A stretch of 62,760 bases of DNA, filler included, from 12 parts of 12 records of this genome joined end to end with filler, not necessarily neighbours in it, one strand, 5' to 3'. Shown: positions 1 to 13,132, counted from the first letter of the whole stretch. Numbers and translations: made by a program. The notes: a model not told the origin generated them from the sequence alone.

Positions 1-429
1 AGGTCAACTCTCGTGCCTCACAGGAGAGTTCATGTGAACACATCTCCCCGCCGATGACATACAGATTGGTGGGGGTAGCGGCGCTGGAGCCTCTGACAAG
101 TTTGCTTACCTGCGGAGCCCATGGCCAGTGTACCGTACGGAAGCGAGGAAAAAGTGCCAGCAACCAGCGCGCCACAATCACGAGAAGCAGCAGCAGCACC
201 ACCAGCTGCAGCAAGGGGCGCCCCTGAACGCAGGCGAACACGCAGCGCGCGCTGCGCCTCCCTGACGTGTGACGAGCGCGCATGGGCATGCATTCGATCC
301 AGCAGCATCCACCGGGGCCAGGCCCATGGCATGCCGTTCCAAGACCATCAAATCGTAATGGGTCAATCTGAGTTTTGTGGATTTTTTGAAAAAATAATTG
401 AGTTTGCCCCCGCGGATATGCGTAACACT

Positions 430-1240
430 ACTCGAGTAGTAGGTACAGCTGTACTACACGTACAATTGTAGTAGGAACTTCCTACACGCTACAGTACAGT
501 ACTATGAACACATGTACGTATATACTAGTAGTACCATTTTAGAATATTGAAATAGTACCGGTACAGATGTACAGTACCAAAACGAGTGAGTCCCATGGAC
601 AGTGTCCGAATACTAGTAGTAGTCAAGGACTGTAGTACTCGTACGTACAGTACTCGTACAGGTGTACTACTATTTCATATAGTAGGCCGCGTCCGAGTAC
701 TGTACGCAGTCCCAGTTGAGCCAAAGGTGCACTACTATGAATAGTACTAGCTACAGCATTGATAGTAGAATTACGTTGCGGCGGTGTGGTATTATACACA
801 GACGCAAGATACTCTATTTTAAAATAGTATCGAATAATCGCAATCACAACCACAGTTCGTGTTTGCGATTATTGTACCACGTACTATGAATAGTACAGGT
901 CTATACTACTCTGTAGTGCAGCACATGTACTATTTTTTAAAAATCGTTCTGCAGTACTTGTAATTTATGTATTATAGTACGGATGCTAGCTACTATGAAT
1001 AGTAGCACGTGTACCGATACTGTACTACTACGTACTACTCTAGAGATCTAGCAAAGGCTACTCCGAGTACGATCAGTACGAGCTACGACTGTATTGTATG
1101 GTACTATTTTGTCCTATTCAATAATGGTACTAGTAGGTACTGGACGAGAGCAGTGGAATGTGTACAGTACTATAGGAAGTTCCTACTGTACACACGGTAC
1201 ACTGAGTACTACTAGTATACTAGTACAGCTGTACAGCGGT
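430..1240. repeat. Low-complexity GTAC/TAG/CTA-rich non-coding tract upstream of a gene
   Basis: Dense GTAC, TAGTAC and ACTAGT words and much lower GC than the flanking coding DNA; it ends about 110 nt before the ATG at 1349. Confidence 0.75.
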
Positions 1241-1348
1241 CTGGAGCACGGGGGCGTGCTGAGAGTGCTTTGGCGGTGCAGGGGCGCGAGGGGAAGGGGG
1301 CGGAGCAGCCGGAGCTCACTCAGCGAGGGTGCGGCCCGATTCAAGAGG

Positions 1349-4300
1349 ATGGCAACAAGCGTTGCCATCCTTATTTGTGGGTTATCCGGTGCTGCGGCGA
1401 TGGGCAACCCCTGCACTTCCCTTGCAGCTGAGATATGCGATCAGCGTGACGACTGCGCGTGGAAAGGGAGCACGTGTGTAGTCAAGCACATAATCGCGTC
1501 ACCAAGACGCTTGCAGGCAGCGGTAGATCACATTGTATGCACTTCTACATGTGCTCATGGCGCTGTCGTCAACGATGCCGATGGTCGCTGCCAGATGCTG
1601 GGTCTTGTTGCCTGTGATGCCGAAGCATCGCACGGCCATGCTACGTGCACTTCTGCCTGCTCAGAGGGAGCCACGGTCAACGACATCGATGGTCGTTGTG
1701 CGATGCTGGGGCTAGTTGCCTGTTCTGGCATGGACGACCCAACGTACGGTGGGTTCTTGCTACAAGGCGATGCTTGTTACCCTGACGCCGATGCCAACGA
1801 GTGTGGCGCTGGCTTAACATGCACGGAGACAGAGCTTGACCCGTCAAGTGTGGCCGAACATGAGGGCACCCATTGTGCCCACGAGGAAAAGTGTCCGGCT
1901 GGTCTCTTCTGCAACTTCGAATTTGGTAGCTCTGGCACCTGTGCAGCCTGCGCAGCCTGCGCCGGTGGCTGTTACTCCTGCGGCCTGCCCGACGAGGGCT
2001 CCTTTGATTGCTCAACGGAGTGCGTCGAAAATATGGGGACGTGCACACCAGATGGACCACTCCTGTGCCAGAGCCCACTGGATACAACGGGTTATATTGT
2101 TACGGACGAAACTGATCTCAGCGGTGGGCAGCTGTTGCCTTTAGGGTTTAGGGGTTAGGGTTTTCGTCTACTCTGCCTGCCGCCTTATTCTGTGCCTAGG
2201 ACGCTGACTGAACACTCATCCGAACGTGTTTGTAGAGACCGGATTTGACGTGACGGCATTGTGCGCTACCGGCTACTATGGAACGGCGTATGCTTCGGTA
2301 AGTAGTGCAAAATAGTACAAAATGCCACAATGAACCTGGGATCCCAGCAACGTCGGCCAACTGACGTTTCCATTCCTCACTGCACTGTACTATCATCATC
2401 TGTGTTGCGGTTCGGACAGGTGTGTTCCTGGACCAATGAGCATTATAGTTTGGGTGGATGCATGGAGGTCGTGACCTGCTCCATGCCTGCCGACACAACT
2501 GGATATGCGCAAATCGATGAAGTCAATCTAGACCTTTCTTTCGGTCAGTTCGAGGTACATGCTCAGTGCGCGATTGGGTACGAGGGCTTAGCAACTGCTC
2601 AGACATGCACCAGCAGCGGCGACTACACATTGGTCGGGTGCACAGAAATTGTATTGTGTACATCGCCTAACAATACCCTTGGCTACGTCGTCACTAACGA
2701 GGCCGACCTTCACGGTGCGTCGGCACCACTTTCTGCTTCCATAACCCTCGTGACACAGCCGCAGAACGACCCGTTTGAACCGCGCCTGTCTGCAGGAACG
2801 AGCTTGAGCGTGTCTGCAATGTGCGCCGCTGGATACGACGGTGCAGCGACAGCAATGGTGCGGAGCAACAGCCATGAGCACACCCAATCTCACAATCAGT
2901 TGCTCCGTTGATACATATATTGACCGCAAGGGTTGTACATGTATAGCCATGTGCCAAAAATGGGGACGAATACACGCTCATTGGATGCGAAATTGTCTGC
3001 TTCGGTACGAATGCGCTGCACTCCTCCATTTGCGCCAGTGTAGTTTGTTGAACATGAGCTATGACTCATATCGACTGTGTCGGTCGTTGGTTTAGATGAC
3101 GAAATGTGCGGGCCCGGATCGACGTGCGACATGGACAGCAACCGTTGTCAGATGAACTCTTTGTGTTGGGCTGGCTACGACGACTATTCCTTCGGACCTC
3201 ACGAGGACAGAGATTCGTTGACAATGTCACAGTTTGAATCTAGTTGCGAGGCCATTAGACACGAGCCATACGTCGAGGTTCGGACACCTTCCATGCGGCA
3301 GTCAGGCCCTGGCAACACTAGCACCCTATCCTGCATGCTTCCCGTGGACGAAGGGCTTGTGTGTGGTGGACAGCTAGGAAATGATTTTGGCGGCAACCCA
3401 AGACTCCCTAATGGCACAAGCTGTGGTTATGCACCGATCGTTCTGGTTGTGACCAACGACCGTAACGTTTCTCTAGCATTCTACGACGGCCCCATTGCTA
3501 TCAACGACACTGAGACAACTGCTGCAGACTGCCAAGGGCTGTGCCGCGAAGCATCTCAGTGCGATTTTTTCTCGTATCGTGAAGTTGCAGGTGGAATATA
3601 CCATTGCTTCTTGAAGCAGGCATACGCAGATGAGTCTTGCAATTCTGTGGGCTATACACCATGGCCGTCTCAAGAAGCTCCTGGTTGCGACTTTGACGCG
3701 TGTCTCAGGGCAGCTCGAACTGGATATGCACCGTACGACAGCTTCTCACAGTCTAGCGTGGCAACCTGGCAGTGTGAACAAGGCAATTGCATAACTGCCA
3801 GGCAGTTTTGCCATGAATGGGTACAAGTAGTTCGAAGCGTATGTCCAACTACGTGCCAGCTCCTGGGAAGTGGGGTTGTACCACTCCATTCTGAGTCGTT
3901 CAATACCCAAGAAGCAGCAGAAGCTGCCTGTCTATTGCGCCCTGAGTCTTGCAAAGGCATCTTCTCTGAAGCTCTACCCCATGATCTATGTACACCGAGT
4001 ACTGCATGTGGGCCCTTCATTTCCGAATATCACGTTGTAGAGTGCAGTTCTACGGATGACTTTGCACTGTGCAACAGCTTCTTTGAGGTCTACAATCCCA
4101 CCAACGCGCTCATTGATCTGGGATTATACGCGTTCCCGCATTCAGGCGCTAACACAAATGGCGATGGGATCCAAACCACTTGGAACAATTTTACGGCAGG
4201 GGCTACAATCGCACCAGGCGGCGTGTACGTTGTTTGCCATCCAAATGCTAACAGTAGTCTGGGTCGCTGCGATCAGCGACACCATTTCGCGCAAAGCGGC

Positions 4301-5063
4301 AACAGCCAGTGCCTTGTGCGTGGTGACGAAGCCAGCCATTCGTTTGTCGACTGTGTAGGAGATTTCACTTCTGCCGGTTCCGATGGCGGATGGGGTGTCT
4401 GTGGTATTTCAGCTGCCACGACTGGTCACGCGTTGATTAGGAATTGTGGCGTCTCGTCTGGCAACGCCGGGAACTGGACGGTTGGGACGTTGACGAATGA
4501 CTGTGACTGGATCGTTGCTCCAGTCACAGCTGCAGCTCCACGTGGAGATGCAGGCACGTACTGGAGTGCGGGGGGCTACGCGACGCATGTGTGCAGGCAG
4601 GTTTGGCGCATGAGTACATCCAGCACATTGGTGGCCAGTAAGTACACGTGGTCATCACTGTGTCGTACCGAGGCATGCTCCCACCGCGTGGCCTCTGACC
4701 GGCAGATGGCAGAATCATTTGCTGACGGGACAGAATCAGCAGTAATCCTTTCCTCTTGTTGCCGGAGCGACGCAGACTGCGCCATCGGGCAAAGCTGCAA
4801 CTTGAACACAGCGGCATGCACATATGAACACGCCATGCCGTACGATGTCCGCAGCACACTTGCAGAAGAGTGTCCGATACCGAGCATTCGCCGCAACTGT
4901 CAAGTAAATCCAGAGTGCAGCGCCCAGTTGGACCGCATGTCGTCCTGCGGCCCACCTCCAGACGAGGAACCCGCACTGGCACCTCCGATGGACTCCGAGC
5001 TGCGTTGTGCACGGCAGCAAAACGCTGCACCATTTCCCCACTCTGACATGGATACAGCTTGCC
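1349..5063 (+). CDS. Secreted Cys-rich multidomain protein (Cys repeats, PAN/apple domain, lamin-tail-like domain); 3' truncated
   Basis: Signal-like MATSVAILICGLSGAAA. GT-AG introns at 2124-2235, 2298-2419, 2715-2795, 2858-2946 and 3005-3095 join the ORFs in frame. PAN-like DCQGLC..CDFFSY..CFLK; LTD-like FISEY..FEVYNPT..IDL..ATIAPGGVYVV. Confidence 0.75.
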
Positions 5064-5163
5064 NNNNNNNNNNNNNNNNNNNNNNNNNNNNNNNNNNNNN
5101 NNNNNNNTTAATTAATTAANNNNNNNNNNNNNNNNNNNNNNNNNNNNNNNNNNNNNNNNNNNN
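5064..5163. other. Artificial contig spacer
   Basis: N44-TTAATTAATTAA-N44; the 12-mer gives stops in all six frames. Confidence 0.99.
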
Positions 5164-5229
5164 TACCGATGGCCCGTCCAGAAGCAAACCCTCGGAAAGC
5201 CACCAGTCAAAAAAAAAGTTCCAATTTCC

Positions 5230-5520
5230 AATGTAGTACGTACAGTACTGTAGTACGGCACGTGTGTGTACAGTACTATGTACTAGTAGTACTAGTAGTA
5301 CTAGTAGTAGTAGTAGTAGTAGTAGTACTAGTACTAGTATATGTACTGAAATGCGGCTATAGGAAATTCCGTACTCTAGCACCTATGATAATTCATGGAA
5401 CCTAAGGTTTGTTGATAAAGCTACTGTACATGTGCTGTAATTGTGCGGTACTCTAGCTAGCTAGTGCTACAGTAGAGTACAGGTGTAGTACGATTAAGAG
5501 TACATGTACTAGCTAGTACT
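5230..5520. repeat. (TAG)n / TAGTAC microsatellite within a GTAC-rich tract
   Basis: tactagtagtactagtagtactagtagtagtagtagtag.. at about 5281-5340, upstream of the ATG at 5653. Confidence 0.8.
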
Positions 5521-5652
5521 CATGACGCAGCGACGTGGCACCCAGCAGCTGTGCTGACAGCTCGGGTGGTGCCGCTAGCGCGGGGGCGGTTGCAGCGGGG
5601 CGTCCAGGGCAGAGGAGCGCCACGAGCGCGCGTTGCACTGCTCTTGGGTGGG

Positions 5653-8600
5653 ATGAGCAAAAGCGAGCTTCACAGTCTTGTGCTGAGTGGCAGCCTGGAC
5701 CCGTCTGAAAAGAGGGAGCAGATTAGGCGGCTGCTGTCACGCACACACAAAGTGAAGGTCCAATCACCTGGCAGCGCGCTTGAACGGTCCCGCTTCCTAC
5801 TAGTCGACCACGAGGAGATTTGGAAAGGCCTTGTTGAAGGACGGCTAACGTTCGCCAACGTAGCGTTTCCTGCAGAGGATGGAAAATCATTTCAAGACTG
5901 CTCAGCGGACTCGCGGCGGCTGCGCAGTATGTCGCTCGGCCGGGCGCAGAAGATTGATCAGGGTCCCAAAGGAGCAGGCTCGTACCCGGCTGTCATCGAC
6001 GTGAAGGTGCCCAGCAACCCGGACTTCAAGGACAAGAATGGCGAGACAGCGCTGTACCTTGCGTCTTCGCGCGACAGTCCCGATGATATTGTTACCCTCA
6101 TTGAAATGTTTGCGGACCCTGACGAACACTCGCTGACGAAGGTCTTCCTGGACGGCAAATTCAAACAATTGCCAGGCGGTTCGCCACTGGTTCCTGCTAT
6201 AGACGCAGCTAATGCAGAAAACATCAAACTCCTGCTGACCTTGGGTGCTAGTCCACAGAGGCGAATGAATGCGGTTGGCTCAGATGGAAAGCTGCGCATG
6301 AGTACGCCGCTTTCATACGCAGCCGACAAGGCGCTGGAAGAGGAGAACGCAACGACCCTAAACGACGTTAAAGCGAAAATCGGGTATTCGGATATAGCAA
6401 ATCCATGGGAGGAAATCAGGGCACTGCTCGCGGAACCGTGCAAAACAATCATGGCGTTCATGAAGGACCCAAGGAACTCACATCTTGCTAATGTCCAGAA
6501 TTTGGACGGATTTTACCCGCTACATACCGTCTGCGCCCGGCCAGGGGAGGTAGACCAGGCATTAGTTCAAGGTGTGATTGCGATGAATCCTTCAGCCGTA
6601 GCGCTAACCACCCAGGCCGGAGACCTGCCGCTACATTTAGCACTGCGAGAAGGCTTGCAAGGCTCAGAGATAATCCAGACGCTAATGGAGCTACCCGCTG
6701 GGTGGAAGAAAGGGTTCGTGAAAGACCATGCACAGGACCTCGTCGACGAACCGGGGAAACAGATCGAGCTGGTGTATGAGAATCCGATGGGCAGCGACAG
6801 TGACGCCGATGATGATGATGTTGGCCCAGAAGGACCACAGGATCCAGGCGCCGATAACGAGGACGTAGACCATCCGTTCAACGCACACTTGTTGCGAACA
6901 ATTGCAGGTGGCCGACTAGCCGAAGTTAAAGACGCTTACGGGTCATTCCCACTGCATCTAGCTCTCCGCAACTCATCCGACGAGGTCGTACTCAGCGTTC
7001 TTGAAAAGTATCCAGCTGCCGCTGCCACATTGGACGGAGAAGGCGATTCATGCCTACGGCTGGCACTGTGTCGACTGAAAACCATCAGTGCTGATGCTCC
7101 AGGGGCTAGCCAAAGAGAGGTCGATGATGCATACGATGACGAAGACGACTATGAGCAGGAAGTCGATGTCGAAGATAGAGATAAGGCAATCTTGGAACAG
7201 CTAGGCGATGCGGACAACGACGGTATTCTGGACGCTGAGGAGCAAGAGGCTCTGCGAGATGCAACTTCAATCGTATCCAAGGCCACTAAGGCGGTCGTAC
7301 GAAACCCGTATGCGAAAGTTGTCGGAACTGTCAGTAGTGCAATGCAAACCGGTGCGAAAACAGTTGGAGGATTCGCAGCGATGGCTGGCCTAGTACAGGG
7401 CGGACATCAGGTTGACGTGGCAGTAGAGCCAAAAGTAGGGCCTCGAGTTGAGCCGCGCAGTGTCGAAGTAATTAAGGCCCTGGTGGCTGCAGATCCGGAC
7501 GCTTTAACCAGGGAGGACGTAGACGGACGCACAGCTTTGGGCTTGGCCGTGGACCTCGACCTTCCAGCAGCACAGGTTATGACAATACTCACACACAACA
7601 AAGATGCCGCAGCGAAACCGTACGTCAGGAAAAAGCTGACACTGTCGCTGACAATTCCTCCTGATTTGCCCCACGATCGACAGATTGTTGGGAAACTAAG
7701 CTGCGCCCATTGCGTGCACCAACGGGTGCCACGGTCGATGAGGCCCGGACAGACTTATCGCAGGGACTCTCTCCTGGATGCAACTGTAATCCATGCGGAC
7801 ATACCACACGACAAAGCACCTGGAGAAGAGTTTCACCACGCACTCAACAGCGGTCAGAAGATCAAGCTGAAAGTCCCCAGTGACACGTCGCGTCTCGCGA
7901 TGCATCCCCACAAATCGAAGCACTGGGTGCACCCGTACCAGATCGGCAATTTAGAGCAAGTTGACTACTCCGCACCACCCGGCCAGAAGTCGGGCACTGA
8001 TGACTATGTGTATACACAGTGTGGCAGCCGCGTCAAGGTTACGACACCAGAGAGGCACAAGGGAGGCCGCCCCACACCGTTGCTTGTCAGACCGAAGAAG
8101 GCGTCCGAGCCAGATAACGAGGAGTACTTGCTCCACCGTGCAATTGTGAACAACCAGCCTGATCTAGTGCTGATGCTTACGGATGCGTACAGTGAAGCCG
8201 TTTCCAAGCCAAATAGATACGGCATGCTACCGCTGCACCTGCACATGATCGAAGGAGCAACCCCAGCATCTGTTGAGGCTCTGCTTCGCGCATACCCAAA
8301 AGCTGCCGAGACTAAGAACGAGCACGGAGACCTGCCGTTACACATTCTGTTGCAGAATGGTGGGAAAGGCGATGTCGACCCTCAGGTAGCCAACATAATG
8401 CTGAAAGCCTATCCTCCCGCTCTGTCCAGCACAGACAGCTTGGGGCGATATCCAATTCACTCGGGTCTAATCAAAATGCGAATGCATAGCTTCGTCCAGT
8501 TGGCGTTGCAGCAGGATCTCAACGGAGAGAATCCCGCGGCCGTTGAGACGCCTGACGGTGACTTGCCGCTGCAGATAGCCGTGGAGAATCTAAGTAGTCG

Positions 8601-11277
8601 GGAAGTGGTGCAGGCACTAATTGATGCGTATCCAGTGGCCATCAACCGTACACGGGCAGACAACACGAGCAATCTTATGACGGTGTACATCAACGCCGAT
8701 AGGCGGCACGTGGATAGATCGATGGAGCAGATCGACACGATGTGCGAAATCCTCAACACATTCTTCGACAAAATGCCCGACATACTTAAAGACCCAGAAC
8801 TGTCTGATCCACGCAAGGGCAAAAGGAAAGACCTCTGCATTCACCACGCGTTAATGTATCGATCTGTCGATAAAGTTCTCCTAACAACCGTGCTTGCCAT
8901 CCATGAAAAGCATGGACCAGCTGAGCTTGAGAGACAATTGCTCTCATGCTTCAATGACAATGATATCGACCAGACGTTCTCAATGATGCTCGAGCAAAAT
9001 CGAGGCAAAGAGGTGATAGAAACATGCCTTGAGTTGTGTGGAGAAGGAGCCAAGGCGGTCCTTGATCGTAAAGATCCGGACGGTAATTATCCTGTGCAGG
9101 TCCTAATGGAGCACTGTACGCGCCCAGATGTCGCGCGGTGTGTGCTCGTTCTGCATCGCGAACACAAGTGCGCCCACAACCCAACGGATACAGAACGATT
9201 ATTTCTTGCTGCCCGTACTGGAGATGTCGACAGAATCCAAGACTTCGTTCGAAAACAAAACGTGGATTTCAATGCTCAAAACGCACGTGGTTTGACCGCA
9301 AAGGAGGTTGCGACAAAGCATGGTCATCACCGTTGTGCAAGTGCCCTACCGGTTGCTACTTCTGCTGCATTATCCAAGAATGCGATCATCCACCAAGCCG
9401 AACAAGCCGGAGGAAACCTGAAGATGGCAGAAATCAAGTTTGCGATAGCACCCTATATCGCAGTGTCTGGCAGTGTCCTCTACTACCTTGATATCTTCAC
9501 AGATATGTCTTTGTGTTTACAGTTTGGAAATATCCATTTTCCGCCATTCAACAGTGTCTGCCAAGATGCTCTCGAAGCTGATCCCGAATTCAATGCCGTG
9601 TGCTCTGACTACAGAGAAGTGAAATTCTTCTATCTGTCTATCACCTTTCTGATCTCAGGAATCGTTTGCACTTGCATTGTGGATTACTTCATGCTGCACA
9701 CCACAGAGAAATGGTACAGACTATGCCTAAACTGGATAATGAATGTGCTATACATTCGGATGCTGTTCGAAGTTTGCATGGCTGTCCGCAACAGGTGCAA
9801 AGGTCGCATGCCTCAAGCTGGCCTGTCGGCAGTCAAGGCAGCCGAGGGTCTGTTTGAGTCCGTCCCTCAACTCCTGCTTCAAGGCTTCATCCTCTTCCGA
9901 CTATATCTAGAACCACTCCGACCGGTGGACGAACATTGGTCTGGGGATCTTCGTCGCCCGGCACCGATCGGCACTGGCCCGCGTCCTCGACCCGCACCGA
10001 TCGGTACTGCGATTACAGACCAGAACAGCACGTGCTCGGCCTCCTATACCAGCTGGACAGAGTTGATGGCAAACCAGGGAGACCCACAGCGCATGCTACC
10101 TCCGGACGCGTGTGTGCCAGACTTGCTGTTGTTGTACGGGACAGAATTGGACACAAACCTGATCTCCCAGCTTTCAAACTTTTCGAACTGCACAGTGGAT
10201 AGCCCTTACCACCCGGATAATTTTTGCAACAGCAACAGCGAGAACTGTGCCCTGATGGAGCTTGAAGGCGACGAATGCGTCTCATCATGGGCTGTGTGGT
10301 TTCAACTTGCCCGATCGATCACAATCGGGCTGATATCAATATCTACTTCGGTTGCAATGCTGCCGGAGGAGGTTCGCGGTCAATGGCGCGTCGCGTTTGC
10401 GCTCTACATCCTCTGCCAAATCCTCTTCCGCGTGTTCTCATTCACAATGGCGCTTACCGTCGCTACCCTCACTGAACAAGAACACGTCTTTGCGATAGCT
10501 TTTATGTTGCTGTACATCATTCAGGCATTGATCTCTGTGCCAAAACGAGTCAAAATTGTGAATGATGCAGTAAAAGCCAAGAATCTGAAGACAGCGAGGA
10601 AGGAGAGGATGTTGGCGAAAAAGCAGCGTCGTCAAAAGCTGTTGACCACATACATTGTCCTCCAAAAACAGCCTCTACAAGCTCGCAAAGAGCTAGATTC
10701 TCAGTACATCAAGACGCGAAGCAAAGCGAACCCGGACGAATGGGTGCTTAAGTACGTACAACCTGGAAACGTGATTACGACAGTCGAGTCCGACTGGCTG
10801 CCTTGTGGAAAGCAACGAGTCCAGCTGAGAGCGGGATGGTTGAGCGTCTTCGATGATGCCGGCAGACCACTGGTCAAGGTCCACAGTCGCAACGATAAAG
10901 TAGCCCTGACGGGTGAGGTCGTGGCTACTCCCGCCGAGAAAGCATGGATCGGCCTGCTAACCATTGTCGTACCAGTACAGTTCGACACAATCAAGAACTT
11001 ACATAAGTCCAACCCGTCGCAAGAGAATGTCGTCTCGTTCGGGCTCCGGATGATGTTCAACATCTTGATGACAATGCCTTTCATCATCTTCCTGGTGAGT
11101 TTTGAGGAAGACTTCGTCCCGTTCACATATACGGACATCGAAGCAAGCCCTCTGACTGAAAACATCATCAGCAAGGTGTGGCAGGAACGCATCTCGTTCT
11201 CCCGTGCACAGACTCTTTTGCTGGTACGTATCAAGAAGCCGTCTGAATATCCCCCCCCCCCCCCCCCCCCCCCCCCC
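5653..11277 (+). CDS. Ankyrin-repeat protein with C-terminal XK-related (Xkr) multi-pass membrane domain; 3' end reaches contig break
   Basis: Many ankyrin motifs (GETALYLA, GDLPLHLA, GSFPLHLA, GMLPLHL). XK-family motifs YYLDIFTD and AEGLFESVPQLLLQGFIL with several hydrophobic helices. Confidence 0.8.
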
Positions 11278-11377
11278 NNNNNNNNNNNNNNNNNNNNNNN
11301 NNNNNNNNNNNNNNNNNNNNNTTAATTAATTAANNNNNNNNNNNNNNNNNNNNNNNNNNNNNNNNNNNNNNNNNNNN
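11278..11377. other. Artificial contig spacer
   Basis: N44-TTAATTAATTAA-N44. Confidence 0.99.
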
Positions 11378-13132
11378 ACGTGGGTGCTCGCGATTTTTGG
11401 GATGCCGGACGAGCTGCAGACGCCGGCTCGGGAGGAAATGAATGTCGAACCGGAGCCGATGCCTGCAGATATCTCGCCGGTGCCGTGCGCTGGCGCGTCG
11501 CCAGCCACTGCATGGTGGCTTCAGCAGCACGGCGCAGAGGTGCCACTCTCGCCCGGTGCCGCGGCGCAGCTACAGGTGGGTGAGCGCAGCGCCTGGTCGG
11601 AGCGGCTGGCCAAAACGCCCAGTTCGCCAACACCATCATCTCCGGACAAGGGGGCAGCCGCGGGACGCAAAGGCATGTCACATGATGGCCTCGGCAGCCG
11701 GCCGCTCAGCCAGCAGTTCAATACGCCCTCCGCTGCGAGTCCATTTCCGCAAGAGGCCTACACAGCACCACTCGAGCAGCCGGTCGTCGCACCTTCACCG
11801 CACGGTGATCATCATGATCGTCACCACGCACAATCCACATCCATGGACGTTGCCCTTTCCTGCTGGAGACGCGGCGAGCTTGGGGGGCAACCAAGAGCAG
11901 CATCACCAGTGTCAGCATCGTCGCAGAGCCGGCACGAGAGCTCGGATGTGGCGATCGGAGCAGATGCGCAGGTCCTACCGCCACCCGACGAATGCTACGA
12001 TGCTGCATCTGTGCACCACCCGGAAGGCCACTGGAACATGATCAAGCGGGAAGGCGAGATCTCTTCGCGTCTGACAGCGAGCGCGCTCAGACGAAACGCG
12101 AGCAACAGCTCGATTTTTGTCGAGAAGGACGTGGTCGGCACCAGCTGTGGCCAGTCCACCTTTGGTAAGTGGAAGCAGAGCCGTCAGGCATGTGCTCTGC
12201 GCAACTCTGTCTGACTGACCTGTGCAATTTTTCTCGGTGCGCGACAGGTGGCTCCCTGACGTCTTTTGCGGCGCCATCTCTAATCGATGCTGAGCGCACA
12301 CTGGCTGAGTTCTCTGACCACGGCCGCACGGGACACTCGCCGAAATACTTCGGCATCAAAGCTGAACCTGATACACATGGCGCGCGAGGGTGAGCTGATG
12401 ATCTCTCGTCCATCCTGCGTATGTATCCGGCAAAAGCTCACAGTCTCGTCGTTGAAATTTCTGCAGGCACGAGCGATCGCACCGGCCCATGCCGTGGGAC
12501 TCTAAGCCGGCAGAGATCCGAATGCACATTGGCCAATACTCGCGCTCCTCGCCGAAGCCAAAAGTTGCACACCACGAGCGTCTGTTGCGCAGTAGGAGCA
12601 AGACTAGCAGCAGCAGTGTCAGCCCGACTGTCGCCAGCAACAATTCAGATGCCGAGTCTAGCGTCGGCTCGGAAGCGGTCACGCTACGTTCTCAGCACAC
12701 CGCAGCCGGCGATTCTCTGGCAGCTGGGCAAGCGATGCCAAGGACGGCAAGGTAACACACAAAGAGCACCACCAACCATGGTCTTTCTGTGCAGTAGCTT
12801 AGCGCGCTTGCTAATTGCTGCGTGGTCTGCCGTTGCGCAGCATGCCCAAGTCATCAAAGCCGGTGCGGTCTGTGCCTGCGACAGCTGTTGCTGTTGCGGT
12901 GAGCGACGACTGCCTTTCTCAGGCAAGCTTCAGCGAGCGCAAATCACCGACCAGTTCAAGATCGTCAACTAGCAACGGCTACAGACGACGCTCTCGCGGG
13001 AGACCAAACATCAAACCGACGCATGCAGCCCAGGATTCGCCGCACGAGAGGCGTCTGCCTTGGGAGGTACAGCCGGCCACGCTCAAGAGCACAGTGGCGC
13101 AGCGCAGAGTGGCTGGTAATACAACAACGTAG
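11378..13132 (+). CDS. Ser/Pro/Ala-rich low-complexity hypothetical protein (5' truncated, spliced)
   Basis: ORFs 11384-12214, 12169-12393, 12489-12755 and 12815-13132 can be joined by GT-AG introns (about 12165-12247, 12390-12466, 12752-12840). No recognisable domain. Confidence 0.5.

Noticed and set aside
1..430. Short ORFs at the window start
   Set aside because: No recognisable motif; I cannot support a gene or mobile-element call.
623..1348. Tyr/Thr/Val-rich ORFs and the 5' extension of ORF 1094-2158
   Set aside because: They are products of the GTAC-rich tract; the signal-peptide ATG at 1349 is the better start.
11251..11277. Poly-Pro C-terminus of the XK protein
   Set aside because: A poly-C run at a contig break, probably within an intron starting near 11224 (GTACGT) or an assembly artefact.
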